DNA from: Prorocentrum cordatum
Lineage: Eukaryota
Length of the DNA: 64,000 nucleotides
Assembly: GCA_963575745.1 (NCBI GenBank)
Contig: CAUYUJ010000308.1
Span: forward strand, 1-64,000
Direction: 5' to 3'
Shown here one piece after another: positions 63,183 to 64,000 of this stretch. Both the position numbers and the translations under genes were made by a program. Position 1 is the first letter of the stretch. Each line of letters starts with the position of its first letter. The notes beneath the pieces are model-generated. The model was given only the letters and a program-made list of their open reading frames with translations, ran no database searches and was not told where the DNA came from.

Positions 63183-64000
63183 TCCTCCACAATCGATCTC
63201 ACGACCCTTCGCATTATCGATCTTACAGGCGATGTCACTATCGATTTCACTTTTGATCGAATTATCAATCTCACGTGGTCGATCTCATATTCGATACCAC
63301 TATCGATTTCACGCGATCGATCTCTTGATCGATCTCGTTATCGCTCCCACGACCGATCGTGCAACCGATCTCGCTGTCCCTTTCGCTGCCGACATCGCAA
63401 TCTATCTCGCCATCGATCTCGCCATCGATCTGACCACCGATCTCACTGCCCCTCTCATCGTTGATGTCACAATCGATCTCACTTCCCCCTCCTCCTCCTT
63501 CTCCTCGTCTTCCACCTCCCCCTCCTCCTCCTCCTCCTCCTCCTCCTCTTCCTCCTCTTCCCTCACCATCGATCTCGCTGTCGATCTCACCATCGATATC
63601 GCCACCGATCTCGCCATCGATCTCGCCACCGATCCGACAGTCCACCTCACCAGCACAGAGGGGCGCCCACGAGGCGCCCACGGGCGGCCACGGGCAGCAG
63701 CGTGTCAAGGGGGGAAAAAACACACACAAACACAATTACTCGTCGATTCCCAGGGACATCTGGGAAAATTTGGGAAGTGGGGGGGGGACGAGAACCCCAG
63801 AACTATGGGAACATATGGGGGATCCTGTTATGTGTGTATATTTATTTCATCGCTTCGCTCATTCCGCCGGCCCGTATTGGTGCACGGCTGTCGAGTGCCC
63901 GTGTGATCGTTGTCAATGGGGTGCTGCTGGGTAGTTTTTTTGTTTATGGATGGTTGGCTTTACCCTCCTGAACCTTCTGTTTCGGAAGGTGGCGGCTCGT

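Overview
This is a repeat-saturated, GC-rich eukaryotic window. It is most likely dinoflagellate nuclear DNA, inferred from a dinoflagellate spliced-leader relic, GC/GA splice donors and AG|G acceptors. Most ORFs in the track are artefacts of microsatellites and repeats. Four things are supported. (1) A + strand, intron-rich armadillo/HEAT-like gene is spread over the window as short phase-compatible exons. (2) Nested in its ~20 kb inferred intron is an intronless 728-aa gene (22055-24241), preceded by a near-perfect full-length spliced-leader relic (21951-21972), so probably a young retrogene. It encodes ~8 predicted TM helices fused to a TIR/HET-like domain (THxW, YWxCxFxVNQH, RAWCxxE), a candidate membrane-receptor/NADase signalling or cell-death protein. 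(3) A Helentron/Helitron2-like element (~35620-38467) carries 16 near-identical 90-bp units and the 3' end of a PIF1-like helicase split by an introner-like GC-AG intron; two other families share its end architecture. (4) There are many MITE/foldback families, satellites and a 100-N scaffold gap. No database searches were run; all domain calls are by motif recognition.
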